Assembly: GCA_963811165.1 (NCBI GenBank)
Contig: CAWEQH010000008.1
Span: forward strand, 512,001-576,000
DNA: 64,000 bases
Reading direction: 5' to 3'
DNA from: an uncultured Nitrospiraceae bacterium
Lineage (GTDB): Bacteria; Nitrospirota; Thermodesulfovibrionia; Thermodesulfovibrionales; UBA6898
Shown here piece after piece: positions 33,885 through 44,116 of this stretch (positions are counted from its first letter, which is position 1; each line of letters starts with the position of its first letter). A program made the translations under genes and the position numbers. The notes below the pieces were generated by a model. That model had not been told where the DNA came from. It worked only from the letters and a program-made list of their open reading frames with translations, and did no database searches.

Positions 33885-34883
33885 ATGACCCAGGCAGGTT
33901 CAATTCTCAGAGCAAACAGCAGTGAAATCGAAGCAGTAAATTATCAGGCACCCTCCTATTGATCGCATTCTCCAGAAGATCTCGAAGATGGAGCTTCCCG
34001 ACAGGGAGCACATCGAGAGCTACATGCGCCACAAGTGGAGAATGAACCACAAGCCAAGCACTCTTAAAGGCAGCTTCACGCTGTGAGTTCCTTTCTCATT
34101 TTCTATGCTGGCTTAGGGAAGAGTCAATTAAAGATATTGTCAGTGACGATATGGAGGCATTTATCGAACATGAGCAGGATCGGGGGCTCAAAGTCACAAC
34201 GGCCAGAACACGACTTCATAGCAACTGTGGGCTTTCATGAGGTTTCTGATCGATCAGGATATCATTAATGAACATATACTTAAACGCAAGATCAAACTGA
34301 AAGTGCCGGATTTCCTGCCAAGGGCCATTGCCCCTGGCGATGTCAGAAAGCTTCTCGGTGTCATTAAAGAGATTCGTGACCGTGCCCTGATCCTCGTACT
34401 CTTACGAACAGGCATGAGAATCGGTGAACTTCTCGGCATGAAGATGATAGATCTTGATGTCCGTGAGAAAAAGATACACATCTATGAGGGGGAAAAGAAC
34501 TGTCTTGGACGAGTGGTCTATCTCAGCGATGATGCACTGATGGCCTTAAAGCTCTGGCTCAGCAAGAGAGAAAGACAAAAGAATATCTCTTCTATGGCCT
34601 GAGGAGTCACTTATGTTACACCACGGCCCGGAATATCTTCACACGATACTTGAGGGAAACAGGGCTGCAGGACAAAGGCTATACGATCCACAGCCTCCGG
34701 CATACCTTTGCAAGTGAACTGCTCAATGCCGGCATGCGCCTGGAATGTCTGCAATTGCTGTTGGGGCATCGCGACATAGAGATGACCCGGCGATATGCTC
34801 GCCTGACTGATAAAAGCCGGGAAGAGGAATACTTCCGTGCCATGGTGATTATCGAGCAGGGAGGCATTCATGGAGCCTACTGA
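33885..34883 (+). pseudogene. Tyrosine recombinase, multiply frameshifted
   Basis: GAGGAGG RBS + ATG 33885; fragments in shifting frames include RTGMRIGEL, HSLRHTFA, LLGH, TRRY. Confidence 0.8.
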
Positions 34884-35778
34884 TGCGATTGCCAGGTACC
34901 GGAGATTCCTGAAGCGAAGGAACTATTCGGCACACACGGTGAAAAACTACATGAATATTCTCGGTCACTTCAGTGTCTGGCTGCAGGTTCCTATAGAGCA
35001 GGTAACCTCCAAAGAAACCGACGCATATATGGATCATCTATTGAGAAGGAGAAAGAAACCAAAGACTATCAACTGTCATTTCGGCTGCATCCATGCCTTC
35101 TACGAGTATCTGATCGAAGACGAGGGAATGCCTCTTACCAATCCGGTAAGAAAGAATTATAGGCTGCGTCTGCCCAGGCCACTGCCCAAACATCTCAGAG
35201 ACGAACAGGTTGTGGCACTCTTCAACGAAATCAGTGATGCCAGAGATCGGGCCATGTTCATGCTGATGCTCAGGTGCGGTCTGCGTGTTGAAGAGGTTGC
35301 ACGACTGACAGTAGATGCGATAGAGTATCGCAGCAGACAGCTTTATGTCTTCAATGGCAAAGGCAGCAAGGACAGGGTTGTCTATCTCAGCGACGATGCG
35401 CTGAGCGCCTTAGAGGCGTATATGCAGAAACGGAAATGGTCTAAGGAGAAAAGAGTGTTCTTAGTGCAGAAGGGGCCGCTGAGAGGAAAGCCGATATCGG
35501 TTCGCGGCATTCAAAAGAGGATTGAACACTATGCACAGAAGACCGGGATACAGGTATCCTGTCATCACTTGAGACACACTATGGCAACCCAGCTCTTGAA
35601 CGCGGATGCCGATCTCGTCACCATTCAGGATCTGTTGGGCCACAGCCTGATTACTACAACCCAGTGTTATTGTAGAGTCTCCAATCTCAAAGTACAGAGA
35701 GATTATTACAAGGCCATAAAGGTTGTAATGCAGAGGACCCAGCCAATAAGAGAAGATGACTTTGAATTGGAACGATAA
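34870..35778 (+). CDS. Tyrosine recombinase/integrase (XerD-like), apparently intact
   Basis: SAM-like N-terminus; RCGLRVEEV, GKGSKDR, HHLRH, LLGH, TTQCY. Confidence 0.92.
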   Translation: MEPTDAIARYRRFLKRRNYSAHTVKNYMNILGHFSVWLQVPIEQVTSKETDAYMDHLLRRRKKPKTINCHFGCIHAFYEYLIEDEGMPLTNPVRKNYRLRLPRPLPKHLRDEQVVALFNEISDARDRAMFMLMLRCGLRVEEVARLTVDAIEYRSRQLYVFNGKGSKDRVVYLSDDALSALEAYMQKRKWSKEKRVFLVQKGPLRGKPISVRGIQKRIEHYAQKTGIQVSCHHLRHTMATQLLNADADLVTIQDLLGHSLITTTQCYCRVSNLKVQRDYYKAIKVVMQRTQPIREDDFELER

Positions 35779-36008
35779 AAGTGCTCATGGAGAGCAGGCT
35801 TAACTAACTGAAAACACAAGAAAAAGCAGGTTATGTTACGTATAGCGTGGTGGATCTGATAAAGGGACGGTGCATGGTATGGGGAAAAGCGTGGACGCCG
35901 GCCTTGTTAACTGCTGGGTCTTTTCCCTTTGCGACTGGCAATCGCGGAAATAGGTGGCCGGATTCGCGGGAATCTCCACTATGATATAATTTCTTAAGGT
36001 CCTTAGTC

Positions 36009-37130
36009 ATGGAGACTATCGAAAAACTTAAAATTCTGTCCGAAGATTCCCAGTACGATCTGGCCTGTGCATGCGGCACAAATAAGTATGACCGCCGCAA
36101 AAGAGGACTCGACGGCAAATGGCTGTATCCGGTCTCGCTGCCCCAGGGCGGATATTCGGTCCTTCTAAAGACGCTTCTTTCCAATGCATGCGCTAACGAC
36201 TGCAAATATTGTCCCCTCCGCTTTGAGTCGAACGTGCGGCGCTGCACGCTTACGCCCGAAGAGATCGCCAATATATTTATGGGTTATTACAGAAGGAGAA
36301 AGGTCTTCGGTCTCTTCCTGAGTTCCGCGGTCATCGGCAATCCTGATTTCACGATGGACAAGATAAACGCCGTTGCGCGCCTCCTTAGAGGACACCATGA
36401 ATACAGGGGTTATATCCACCTAAAGATCATCCCGGGCGCTTCTGATGCTGCGATCGAGCAGGCCCTTTCCCTGGCCACCGCTGTCTCACTCAACATCGAA
36501 ACACCGGGCAAGAAACACTGCGACACGCTGTCGGGCAAAAAGGATTACGACAGGGACATTATCAGGCCCCTCAGGCTTATGAGCAGGCTGACCGGAGAAG
36601 GCATGAGATTTTCGAGGAGGAAATGCACGACCCAGTTCATCGTCGGGGCCTCAGACGAGACCGATTCGGAGATCCTAAAATATGCATTCAAGCTCTATAA
36701 GGGGCTGCATTTCAACCGGGTCTATTTTTCGGCCTATCAAAAAGGGCTCGGCAATCCGGGCATCCCTGGTGAAACCCGGCCGATCGCAAATCCAAACGGA
36801 CATTTCATCAGGGAGCATCGGTTATACCAGGCCGACTTCCTTTTGAGGAGGTACGGCTTCAGGGAAGAGGATTTCCTCCTCGGTGAAAGCGGCAACCTGC
36901 AACTCGACAAAGACCCAAAACAGGTCTGGGCTGACAGCCATCCGGGATTTTATCCGGTCAGGGTCAACACCTCCGATAAGGAGGCCCTACTCAAAGTGCC
37001 CGGCATGGGACCTGAAACCGTCCGGCGGCTTCTTACGGCAAGGAGAGAGGGAAGGATCGGACGCATCGAGGACCTGGGCGTCCGGGGGAAAAGGGCGGAG
37101 ACGATCAGGAAATATGTGATCTTCGAATAG
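36009..37130 (+). CDS. Radical SAM protein with C-terminal helix-hairpin-helix (putative DNA modification/repair family)
   Basis: CANDCKYC, GLFLSS, GYIHLKIIPG, REHRLYQADFLLRRYGF, LLKVPGMG. Confidence 0.88.
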   Translation: METIEKLKILSEDSQYDLACACGTNKYDRRKRGLDGKWLYPVSLPQGGYSVLLKTLLSNACANDCKYCPLRFESNVRRCTLTPEEIANIFMGYYRRRKVFGLFLSSAVIGNPDFTMDKINAVARLLRGHHEYRGYIHLKIIPGASDAAIEQALSLATAVSLNIETPGKKHCDTLSGKKDYDRDIIRPLRLMSRLTGEGMRFSRRKCTTQFIVGASDETDSEILKYAFKLYKGLHFNRVYFSAYQKGLGNPGIPGETRPIANPNGHFIREHRLYQADFLLRRYGFREEDFLLGESGNLQLDKDPKQVWADSHPGFYPVRVNTSDKEALLKVPGMGPETVRRLLTARREGRIGRIEDLGVRGKRAETIRKYVIFE

Positions 37131-37281
37131 CCGATCAAAATTTACCACGGAGGCGCTGGGGCTCAGAAATAGATCTGTGGTGATAACGGGTCTTTCTCTA
37201 TTTCCCGGCGTCTTAGCAGTAAGGTCATGTGCCGCCTATAGGATGTTGGCTATAGTTGATAAAACTTTCGGGAGAATGTGA

Positions 37282-38520
37282 ATGGAACCTGCGATTACCT
37301 TTGAGATGGCCAAACAACTGCTGTCTTCTTTTGCGGTTATTCTGTTCGCAGGGGCGATATCCGGATTCCTGTCTCAGAAGTTTAACCTTCCCGACGTAGT
37401 GGTATACCTGGTGGCCGGCATAATCCTCGGGCCCGAGGCGGCAGGATTATTGCGAGTTCCCGCCACTTCTGCGCTCAATCAAATCATACTCATCTTCGGC
37501 GCCTGCTATATCCTCTTTGACGGCGGGGCCTCGGTAAAATTAGGAGTCCTGAAAAAAATCTGGATCACACTGGCAGCCCTTTCCACTTTAGGGGTCCTCA
37601 TCATGACGGCGCTGACGGGGCTGGCATCGCATTATGTCCTCGGACTCCCTTTGATCACGTCCATGCTGCTTGGGTCGGTCATTGCTCCGACCGACCCTGC
37701 GACGATAATACCTATCTTCCGTCAAGTCAGCATAAAAGAAAGGGTTTCCCAGGCGATGATCAGCGAATCGGCGTTTAATGACACGACCGGCTCGGTCATT
37801 GCATTTGCGATCCTCTCCGTTGCCATGGGCTCAGCGGGTTTTTCACTGGGCACATCCCTGTTGAACCTTTTGAAGCAGTCCGTTGCAGGGGTTATTATAG
37901 GGTCGGCAATGGGGTATCTGGGCCTGCTGCTTATCGCCCATGAAAAGTATGACTTCCTGGCCAAATATGCCCCCGTCATAACGCTGATGGCTGTCGTCGG
38001 GACCTATCTTGGTGCAGAGGACCTGCAGGCCAGCGGCTTCACGGCGGTCTTTGTATTCGGCATAATGCTTGGCAACAAGAGGACCTTCGGCTTTCAGATG
38101 AAGCGGGAAGATAAAGAAAGGCTGGACGAATATGTTGCCAGAACAGCGATGATCATGCGGATGTTCATATTCATACTTTTAGGGTCGCAGGTTGATTTCG
38201 GTCTTATAAGTAAATTCGTGCTGCCCGGGACCATCATTATTATATTTTTTATGTTTGCTGCGAGGCCGGCTACAGTCCTTTTATGCTCTCTGCCGGACAG
38301 GCGCGCCCGATGGAGTTTTAACGAAATGCTTTTTATGTGCTGGACAAGAGAGACAGGCGTTATCCCTGCCGCACTTGCCGGACTGGTGCTTGGAAGGAAA
38401 GTGCCGGGAGGCCAGACGATCGCTGCCATTACATTTATCGCCATCCTTATGACAATACTTATTCAGGCCACCACCGCTAAATGGCTGGCGGGGAAGCTGG
38501 GACTGCTCGAAAAAAGATAA
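37282..38520 (+). CDS. CPA1/NhaP-type cation:proton antiporter
   Basis: Multi-TM; ILFDGG, APTDPA, ESAFND motifs. Confidence 0.9.
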   Translation: MEPAITFEMAKQLLSSFAVILFAGAISGFLSQKFNLPDVVVYLVAGIILGPEAAGLLRVPATSALNQIILIFGACYILFDGGASVKLGVLKKIWITLAALSTLGVLIMTALTGLASHYVLGLPLITSMLLGSVIAPTDPATIIPIFRQVSIKERVSQAMISESAFNDTTGSVIAFAILSVAMGSAGFSLGTSLLNLLKQSVAGVIIGSAMGYLGLLLIAHEKYDFLAKYAPVITLMAVVGTYLGAEDLQASGFTAVFVFGIMLGNKRTFGFQMKREDKERLDEYVARTAMIMRMFIFILLGSQVDFGLISKFVLPGTIIIIFFMFAARPATVLLCSLPDRRARWSFNEMLFMCWTRETGVIPAALAGLVLGRKVPGGQTIAAITFIAILMTILIQATTAKWLAGKLGLLEKR

Positions 38521-38640
38521 AAGCTGTATATTCCAAGCTGAACCTGCCAGTTTCAAATACCTTGTCATAACGAACCCTTCTGATAATCGCCTTGAGAGCG
38601 GTCAAATTTTAAGAAAATCTTTAGCCTGTAGGCTATTTTC

Positions 38641-38658
38641 TTTACGCCTATTTTACGC
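38641..38658 (+). promoter_or_regulatory. Candidate KdpE-binding direct repeat
   Basis: TTTACGC at 38641 and 38652 (11-bp period), resembling the E. coli KdpE TTTATA/TTTACA site. Confidence 0.5.
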
Positions 38659-38680
38659 GCCTTCTTGATAAGCTTGAATC

Positions 38681-39193
38681 ATGAACAGCAAGGACTCTGT
38701 CATGTTTCTGGACTATATGGAAGAGGTCTCCGTCGACAACCCGGATTTTTTCTCAAAGCGAGGAAATCATTTTATTGTGATCCCTGTCGAAGATGTGGAC
38801 AAGATGTCGATGAACGCAATTCGCTATGCAAACATTCTTGGCGGCGAAATTGTGGCAATCCATATACTTCTTAATCCTTCAGACGAGGACGAAATCGAAT
38901 ACCGCTGGAAATTGCAAAATGTAGGTATTCCCCTCATGATCCTCGAATCTCCCGTCGGCTCCATCATCCGGCCGCTCACGGCATTTGTTGAGGGAATACG
39001 TAGTCGCCGCAAGAAAAGTGTCGTCACTATCGTGTTGCCGGTGCTTATAGGGCTGAAATGGTGGCAAGGGTTTCTGCACAACCAGACAGCCCATTTAATT
39101 GAAAGGGCTTTTCAGGAAAAGGCAGGAGTAGTAACCATACGCGTTCCGTTTTTTTTAACCGATGCTTCTTCTAAAGGAAGTTGTGCTCTTTAA
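38681..39193 (+). CDS. Stand-alone cytoplasmic domain resembling C-terminus of KimA/YdaO K+ transporters
   Basis: NAIRYA, ILESP..SIIRPL, VTIVLP, KWWQGFLHNQTA, VPF; no transmembrane part. Confidence 0.75.
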   Translation: MNSKDSVMFLDYMEEVSVDNPDFFSKRGNHFIVIPVEDVDKMSMNAIRYANILGGEIVAIHILLNPSDEDEIEYRWKLQNVGIPLMILESPVGSIIRPLTAFVEGIRSRRKKSVVTIVLPVLIGLKWWQGFLHNQTAHLIERAFQEKAGVVTIRVPFFLTDASSKGSCAL

Positions 39194-39268
39194 CACAATG
39201 GGATACGATTTTGCTAGCCCCATGATGATCGTAGAAATGAATAAGTATTTTCGCAAAGGAGGTACGTT

Positions 39269-39349
39269 ATGGACATTGTCTATATCGGTATAGTGGCCGC
39301 ATTATTTGTCCTCAGCATGCTTTTCGTGAAGCTGGCTGAGAAAGTATAG
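39269..39349 (+). CDS. 26-aa hydrophobic peptide upstream of kdpF
   Basis: AAGGAGG RBS; MDIVYIGIVAALFVLSMLFVKLAEKV. Confidence 0.75.
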   Translation: MDIVYIGIVAALFVLSMLFVKLAEKV

Positions 39350-39359
39350 GAGAATAACT

Positions 39360-39452
39360 ATGGAATTGTTCTACTGGATAGGCGGCATTGTAGCGTTAGG
39401 TCTTCTTGTGTATCTTTTTGTGGCTCTCTTGAAGCCGGAGGTGTTTTCATGA
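39360..39452 (+). CDS. kdpF: K+-transporting ATPase subunit F
   Basis: AGGAG RBS; MELFYWIGGIVALGLLVYLFVALLKPEVFS; ATGA overlap with kdpA. Confidence 0.9.
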   Translation: MELFYWIGGIVALGLLVYLFVALLKPEVFS

Positions 39453-41251
39453 CAGGGAATGACATATTCCAGATTGTCCTATATTTTGGCGTCCTCCTGC
39501 TTCTTGCGAAGCCGCTGGGAGATTATATGGCGAGGGTTTACGAAAACCAGCCATTCGGCCTCGACCGGGTGCTTGGGCCGGTGGAGCGTATTTTCTACCG
39601 GATTTGCGGCATCAAGCCCGATGAGGAGATGGATTGGAAACAGTATACAGTCGCGGTGCTAGTCTTCAGTGTAGGCGGGCTGTTTGTGGTATATCTCCTG
39701 CAGCGCATGCAGGGCATACTGCCGCTTAATCCGCAAAAGTTGCCGGCCGTCTCCCCTGATTCTTCTTTTAATACGGCTGTCAGTTTTATCACGAACACCA
39801 ACTGGCAGGGTTACGGCGGAGAATCGACGATGAGCTATCTCACCCAGATGGCCGGGCTCGCTGTCCAGAATTTTCTTTCTGCAGCGGCAGGTATGGCTGT
39901 TCTCGTAGCGCTGATCCGTGGGTTCAGCAGACATTCTTCAAAGACGATCGGCAACTTCTGGGTCGATCTCACGCGCACGACACTGTACATATTGATGCCT
40001 CTTGCGCTGATCTGGTCTCTGCTGCTTGTATCGCAGGGCGTAGTGCAGACCTTCAGTGAGTATAAGAATGTCGCTCTTACACAGACTATGACCTATGATA
40101 ATCCGAAGCTCGATGTCCAGGGCAATCCGGTCAAGGACGAAAAAGGCAATCCGGTGACCGAGAAGGCTGAGATGAAGGACCAGACCATACCCCTTGGTCC
40201 TGCTGCGTCACAAATTGCGATCAAACAGCTCGGCACGAACGGCGGCGGATTTTTCAATGTAAATTCCGCCCACCCCTTCGAGAACCCGACTCCGTTTTCG
40301 AATTTCCTTGAGGTATTGGCGATACTTCTGATACCAGCGGCGCTCTGCATCACCTTCGGGAAGATGGTCGGCGACAAGCGACAAGGCCGGGCGCTGCTGG
40401 CTGCGATGACGATCGTTCTCGTCGTACTGATGACGCTCTGCGTATGGAGCGAACGCCAGGGCAATCCTCATTTCGCCGCGCTTGGTATTGATCAAACGGC
40501 GAGCAACTTACAGTCCGGTGGCAATATGGAAGGGAAGGAAGCGCGCTTCGGGATCGTGAATTCTGCGATCTGGGCAACCGCCACAACGGCTGCATCGAAC
40601 GGTTCCGTCAATTCCATGCATGACTCATTCACTCCCCTTGGCGGCCTTTTCCCGATGTGGCTTATCCAGCTTGGAGAGATCATATTCGGGGGCGTCGGTT
40701 CCGGGCTTTACGGTATGCTGATATTCGCTATCCTTACCGTATTTATTGCGGGCCTCATGGTCGGACGCACCCCTGAATATCTCGGCAAGAAGATCGAGAT
40801 GTTCGAGATGAAGATGGCCGCACTGGTGGTATTGATCGTCAATGCCCTGGTCAAAATAGGAACGGCAGTCGGCGTCTCGACAAAGGCCGGGGTAGCGGGC
40901 ATCGCCAATCCCGGGCCGCACGGTTTTTCTGAGATCCTCTACGCTTTTTCATCGGCCGCAAACAACAACGGCAGCGCCTTTGCAGGTCTGAGCGCCAATA
41001 CTGTTTTCTTTAATACTGCGCTCGGCGTTACCATGTTCATAGGCCGGTTCTGGGTGATCATCCCTGTATTGGCCATTGCCGGCTCGCTGGCTGGGAAAAA
41101 GAAGGTACCCGCAGGATTAGGGACGTTGCCGACACATACCTCCTTGTTCGTGACCTTTTTGATCGGCGTCATCCTGATCGTCGGCGCATTGTCGTTCATG
41201 CCGAGCCTGGCGCTCGGGCCGATAGCGGAACAGTTGATGACAGGAAGATAA
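39449..41251 (+). CDS. kdpA: K+-transporting ATPase subunit A
   Basis: TNTNWQGY, KQLGTNGGGFF, NNNGSAFAGL. Confidence 0.97.
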   Translation: MTGNDIFQIVLYFGVLLLLAKPLGDYMARVYENQPFGLDRVLGPVERIFYRICGIKPDEEMDWKQYTVAVLVFSVGGLFVVYLLQRMQGILPLNPQKLPAVSPDSSFNTAVSFITNTNWQGYGGESTMSYLTQMAGLAVQNFLSAAAGMAVLVALIRGFSRHSSKTIGNFWVDLTRTTLYILMPLALIWSLLLVSQGVVQTFSEYKNVALTQTMTYDNPKLDVQGNPVKDEKGNPVTEKAEMKDQTIPLGPAASQIAIKQLGTNGGGFFNVNSAHPFENPTPFSNFLEVLAILLIPAALCITFGKMVGDKRQGRALLAAMTIVLVVLMTLCVWSERQGNPHFAALGIDQTASNLQSGGNMEGKEARFGIVNSAIWATATTAASNGSVNSMHDSFTPLGGLFPMWLIQLGEIIFGGVGSGLYGMLIFAILTVFIAGLMVGRTPEYLGKKIEMFEMKMAALVVLIVNALVKIGTAVGVSTKAGVAGIANPGPHGFSEILYAFSSAANNNGSAFAGLSANTVFFNTALGVTMFIGRFWVIIPVLAIAGSLAGKKKVPAGLGTLPTHTSLFVTFLIGVILIVGALSFMPSLALGPIAEQLMTGR

Positions 41252-41255
41252 GAAT

Positions 41256-41284
41256 GTAGGGGCACGTTGCAACGTGCCCCCTAC
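41256..41284. repeat. GTAG-type REP-like palindrome between kdpA and kdpB
   Basis: gtaggggcacgttgcaacgtgccccctac, near-perfect palindrome. Confidence 0.75.
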
Positions 41285-41316
41285 GGTATGAATCATAAAT
41301 TATTTGTGAGGAAATT

Positions 41317-43389
41317 ATGACCAGAAAAACTAATAAAAGATCTCTCTTTGAACCGGCAATCGTACGTCGGGCCTTATGGGATTCGGTCAGAAAAATGAAT
41401 CCGATACATCAGATAAAGAACCCGGTAATGTTCGTCGTAGAGGTCGGAAGCGTTATCACAACCCTCCTTTTCTTCCATGCCCTTTCAGGCAAAGGCGAGG
41501 CGTCACCGGGTTTTATCCTTCAGATATCGATCTGGCTCTGGGTAACAGTGCTCTTTGCCAACTTTGCCGAGTCGATGGCTGAGGGGAGGGGAAAGGCCCA
41601 GGCGGAATCATTGCGCAAAACGCGAAGCGACGTAACAGCAAAACGCCTCGAAAAAAATGACCGGAAGTCCGAAGTCACCAAAGTGTCTTCTGCCCAGCTC
41701 AAGAAAGGCGATATCGTGCTTGTTGAGGCCGGCGATACGATTCCTATGGACGGCGAAGTTATCGATGGCGTTGCCTCGGTGAATGAAAGCGCCATTACCG
41801 GAGAGTCCGCTCCAGTGATCAGGGAAAGCGGCGGAGACTTCAGTTCCGTGACCGGAGGCACGAAGGTGCTGTCCGACTGGATTGTGGTGAGAATCACCGT
41901 AAATCCCGGTGAGACGTTCCTCGACAGGATGATCGCCATGGTCGAAGGCTCAAAGCGGCAGAAGACGCCGAATGAGATCGCCCTGGACATACTTCTTGCA
42001 GGCCTGACGATCATCTTTCTGCTGGTGACCGTGACATTGCTTCCATTTTCGATCTTCAGCGTTCAGGCGGCAGGCCAGGGAAGCCCTGTCACCATAACCG
42101 TGCTTGTCTCACTTCTGGTCTGTCTGATCCCGACCACAATCGGCGGGCTTCTTTCCGCTATAGGCATCGCAGGTATGGACCGGATGATCCAGGCCAATGT
42201 GATCGCCATGTCCGGCCGTGCGGTGGAAGCGGCAGGAGATGTGGACGTGCTGCTCCTCGACAAGACCGGGACGATCACACTCGGCGACCGGCAGGCCACC
42301 GCGTTTTTTCCCGTCGCGGGAGTAGACGCACGGACCCTCGCCGATGCTGCCCAGCTTGCATCTTTGGCAGACGAGACTCCTGAAGGGAGAAGCGTCGTTG
42401 TTCTGGCAAAAGAAAAATATGGGATCCGCGAAAGGGACATCCATTCCCTCGGCGCGGAATTCGTTCCTTTCACCGCGCAGACAAGGATGAGCGGCGTCAA
42501 TCTGGACGGACGTCAGATCCGCAAGGGCGCGGCGGACGCGGTCGAAAAATATGTCCAGTCACAGGGTGGAACGTTTCCGTCTGATATCCGCTCAATCGTC
42601 GATGATATCGCAAAACAAGGTTCAACACCGCTCGTCGTGGCCGAAGGACAGAAAGTGCTCGGCGTCATCCAATTGAAAGACATTGTCAAGGGCGGCATTA
42701 AAGAGCGATTCGCCGAGATGCGGAATATGGGGATCAAGACGATCATGATCACCGGAGACAACCCGCTCACCGCCTCTGCGATTGCTGCCGAAGCTGGGGT
42801 CGATGATTTTTTGGCGGAGGCAACGCCCGAGGCAAAGCTGAAGCTCATCCGTGAGCACCAGGCAGGCGGCAGGCTTGTGGCGATGACCGGCGACGGCACA
42901 AACGACGCCCCGGCCCTTGCCCAGGCCGATGTAGCTGTTGCGATGAATACAGGCACTCAGGCAGCGAAGGAGGCGGGCAATCTCGTGGACCTCGACTCCA
43001 ACCCCACGAAGCTGATCGAGATCGTCGAGATCGGCAAACAATTGTTAATGACCAGAGGCACGCTCACGACCTTCAGCATCGCAAACGATGTGGCGAAATA
43101 TTTCGCGATCCTGCCGGCGGCCTTTCTTTCGATCTATCCGGCGCTGGGCGCGCTCAACATTATGCACCTGGCCACGCCGCAGAGCGCAGTGCTTTCGGCC
43201 GTGATCTTTAACGCCCTGGTTATAATTTTTCTGATCCCGTTAGCGCTTCGCGGCGTGAAATACCGGCCGCTCGGCGCTGAGGTTGTTTTACGCAACAACG
43301 CTCTGATCTATGGGGTAGGCGGGCTGATCGTTCCGTTCATCGGCATCAAGCTGATCGACATGCTTATAACGGCGATGGGAATTGTGTGA
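41317..43389 (+). CDS. kdpB: K+-transporting ATPase subunit B
   Basis: [28 protein letters not shown]. Confidence 0.97.
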   Translation: MTRKTNKRSLFEPAIVRRALWDSVRKMNPIHQIKNPVMFVVEVGSVITTLLFFHALSGKGEASPGFILQISIWLWVTVLFANFAESMAEGRGKAQAESLRKTRSDVTAKRLEKNDRKSEVTKVSSAQLKKGDIVLVEAGDTIPMDGEVIDGVASVNESAITGESAPVIRESGGDFSSVTGGTKVLSDWIVVRITVNPGETFLDRMIAMVEGSKRQKTPNEIALDILLAGLTIIFLLVTVTLLPFSIFSVQAAGQGSPVTITVLVSLLVCLIPTTIGGLLSAIGIAGMDRMIQANVIAMSGRAVEAAGDVDVLLLDKTGTITLGDRQATAFFPVAGVDARTLADAAQLASLADETPEGRSVVVLAKEKYGIRERDIHSLGAEFVPFTAQTRMSGVNLDGRQIRKGAADAVEKYVQSQGGTFPSDIRSIVDDIAKQGSTPLVVAEGQKVLGVIQLKDIVKGGIKERFAEMRNMGIKTIMITGDNPLTASAIAAEAGVDDFLAEATPEAKLKLIREHQAGGRLVAMTGDGTNDAPALAQADVAVAMNTGTQAAKEAGNLVDLDSNPTKLIEIVEIGKQLLMTRGTLTTFSIANDVAKYFAILPAAFLSIYPALGALNIMHLATPQSAVLSAVIFNALVIIFLIPLALRGVKYRPLGAEVVLRNNALIYGVGGLIVPFIGIKLIDMLITAMGIV

Positions 43390-43416
43390 TGAAAGATCGA
43401 ATGGTCGCAAGTTTCT

Positions 43417-43495
43417 GTCATTCCGGCAGTGTGTTGAGCCGGAATCCAGTTGTTGGCTCTAAAGTCGCTGGATGCCGGATCAGGTCCGGCATGAC
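43417..43495. repeat. Intergenic palindromic element GTCATTCCGG...CCGGCATGAC, copy 2
   Basis: Near-identical arms to 29917-29992. Confidence 0.85.
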
Positions 43496-43524
43496 GGTCA
43501 AAAAGATAATTAGAAGAGGAGAAA

Positions 43525-44112
43525 ATGATGTCTAACTTAATTCGTAACGCTTTTATGTCTTTGATACTCTTTACGGCGCTGACGGGTCTCATCTACCCAC
43601 TGGCGGTAACCGGGCTCGCCCAGATAATTTTTCCGGGCAAGGCAAATGGGAGCATCATAACGAAGAACGGCAAGCCCGTGGGCTCCGAACTGCTCGGACA
43701 GCAGTTCGAAGACCCGAAATATTTCTGGGGAAGACTTTCGGCGACGACCCCCTATCCCTATAATGGAGGTTCGTCATCCGGCTCTAATCTCGGCCCGAAT
43801 AACCCTGATCTCATGAAGGCCGTGAAAGCAAGGATTCAGGCCCTTCACGAAGCCGATCCGGACAACACGGCAAAGATACCGGTGGACTTGGTCACTGCCT
43901 CAGGCAGCGGCCTCGATCCCCACATCAGCCCCGCTGCTGCGGCGTATCAGGTGCGAAGGGTCGCAAAGCTTCGCGGCATGGATGAGGCAAAAGTCAGCGC
44001 ATTAGTGGCTGCCAATACCGAAGGGCGGCAATTTGGGTTTCTGGGCGAGCCTGTGGTGAATGTGCTTAAACTGAATCTGGCGCTCGATGAACTCGGGCAG
44101 ACTGAGAGGTAA
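43525..44112 (+). CDS. kdpC: K+-transporting ATPase subunit C
   Basis: [31 protein letters not shown]. Confidence 0.96.
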   Translation: MMSNLIRNAFMSLILFTALTGLIYPLAVTGLAQIIFPGKANGSIITKNGKPVGSELLGQQFEDPKYFWGRLSATTPYPYNGGSSSGSNLGPNNPDLMKAVKARIQALHEADPDNTAKIPVDLVTASGSGLDPHISPAAAAYQVRRVAKLRGMDEAKVSALVAANTEGRQFGFLGEPVVNVLKLNLALDELGQTER

Positions 44113-44116
44113 ACAG

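Larger units (their letters stand above)
33800..35846 (+). mobile_element. Putative two-tyrosine-recombinase mobile element with terminal inverted repeats
   Basis: gctatacgtaacaaaa (33800-33815) and ttatgttacgtatagc (35831-35846) are a 15/16 inverted match enclosing two tandem recombinase genes. Confidence 0.75.

Noticed and set aside
35814..35846. Possible chromosomal dif site
   Set aside because: Only the XerD-like arm matches; no XerC arm across a 6-bp spacer; better explained as the element's inverted repeat
38521..38680. c-di-AMP (ydaO) riboswitch expected upstream of a kimA-like gene
   Set aside because: No recognisable ydaO consensus elements seen
40121..40157. Tandem ggcaatccggt repeat in kdpA (GNPVKDEKGNPV)
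   Set aside because: Short in-frame loop duplication; no sign of a mobile or regulatory role
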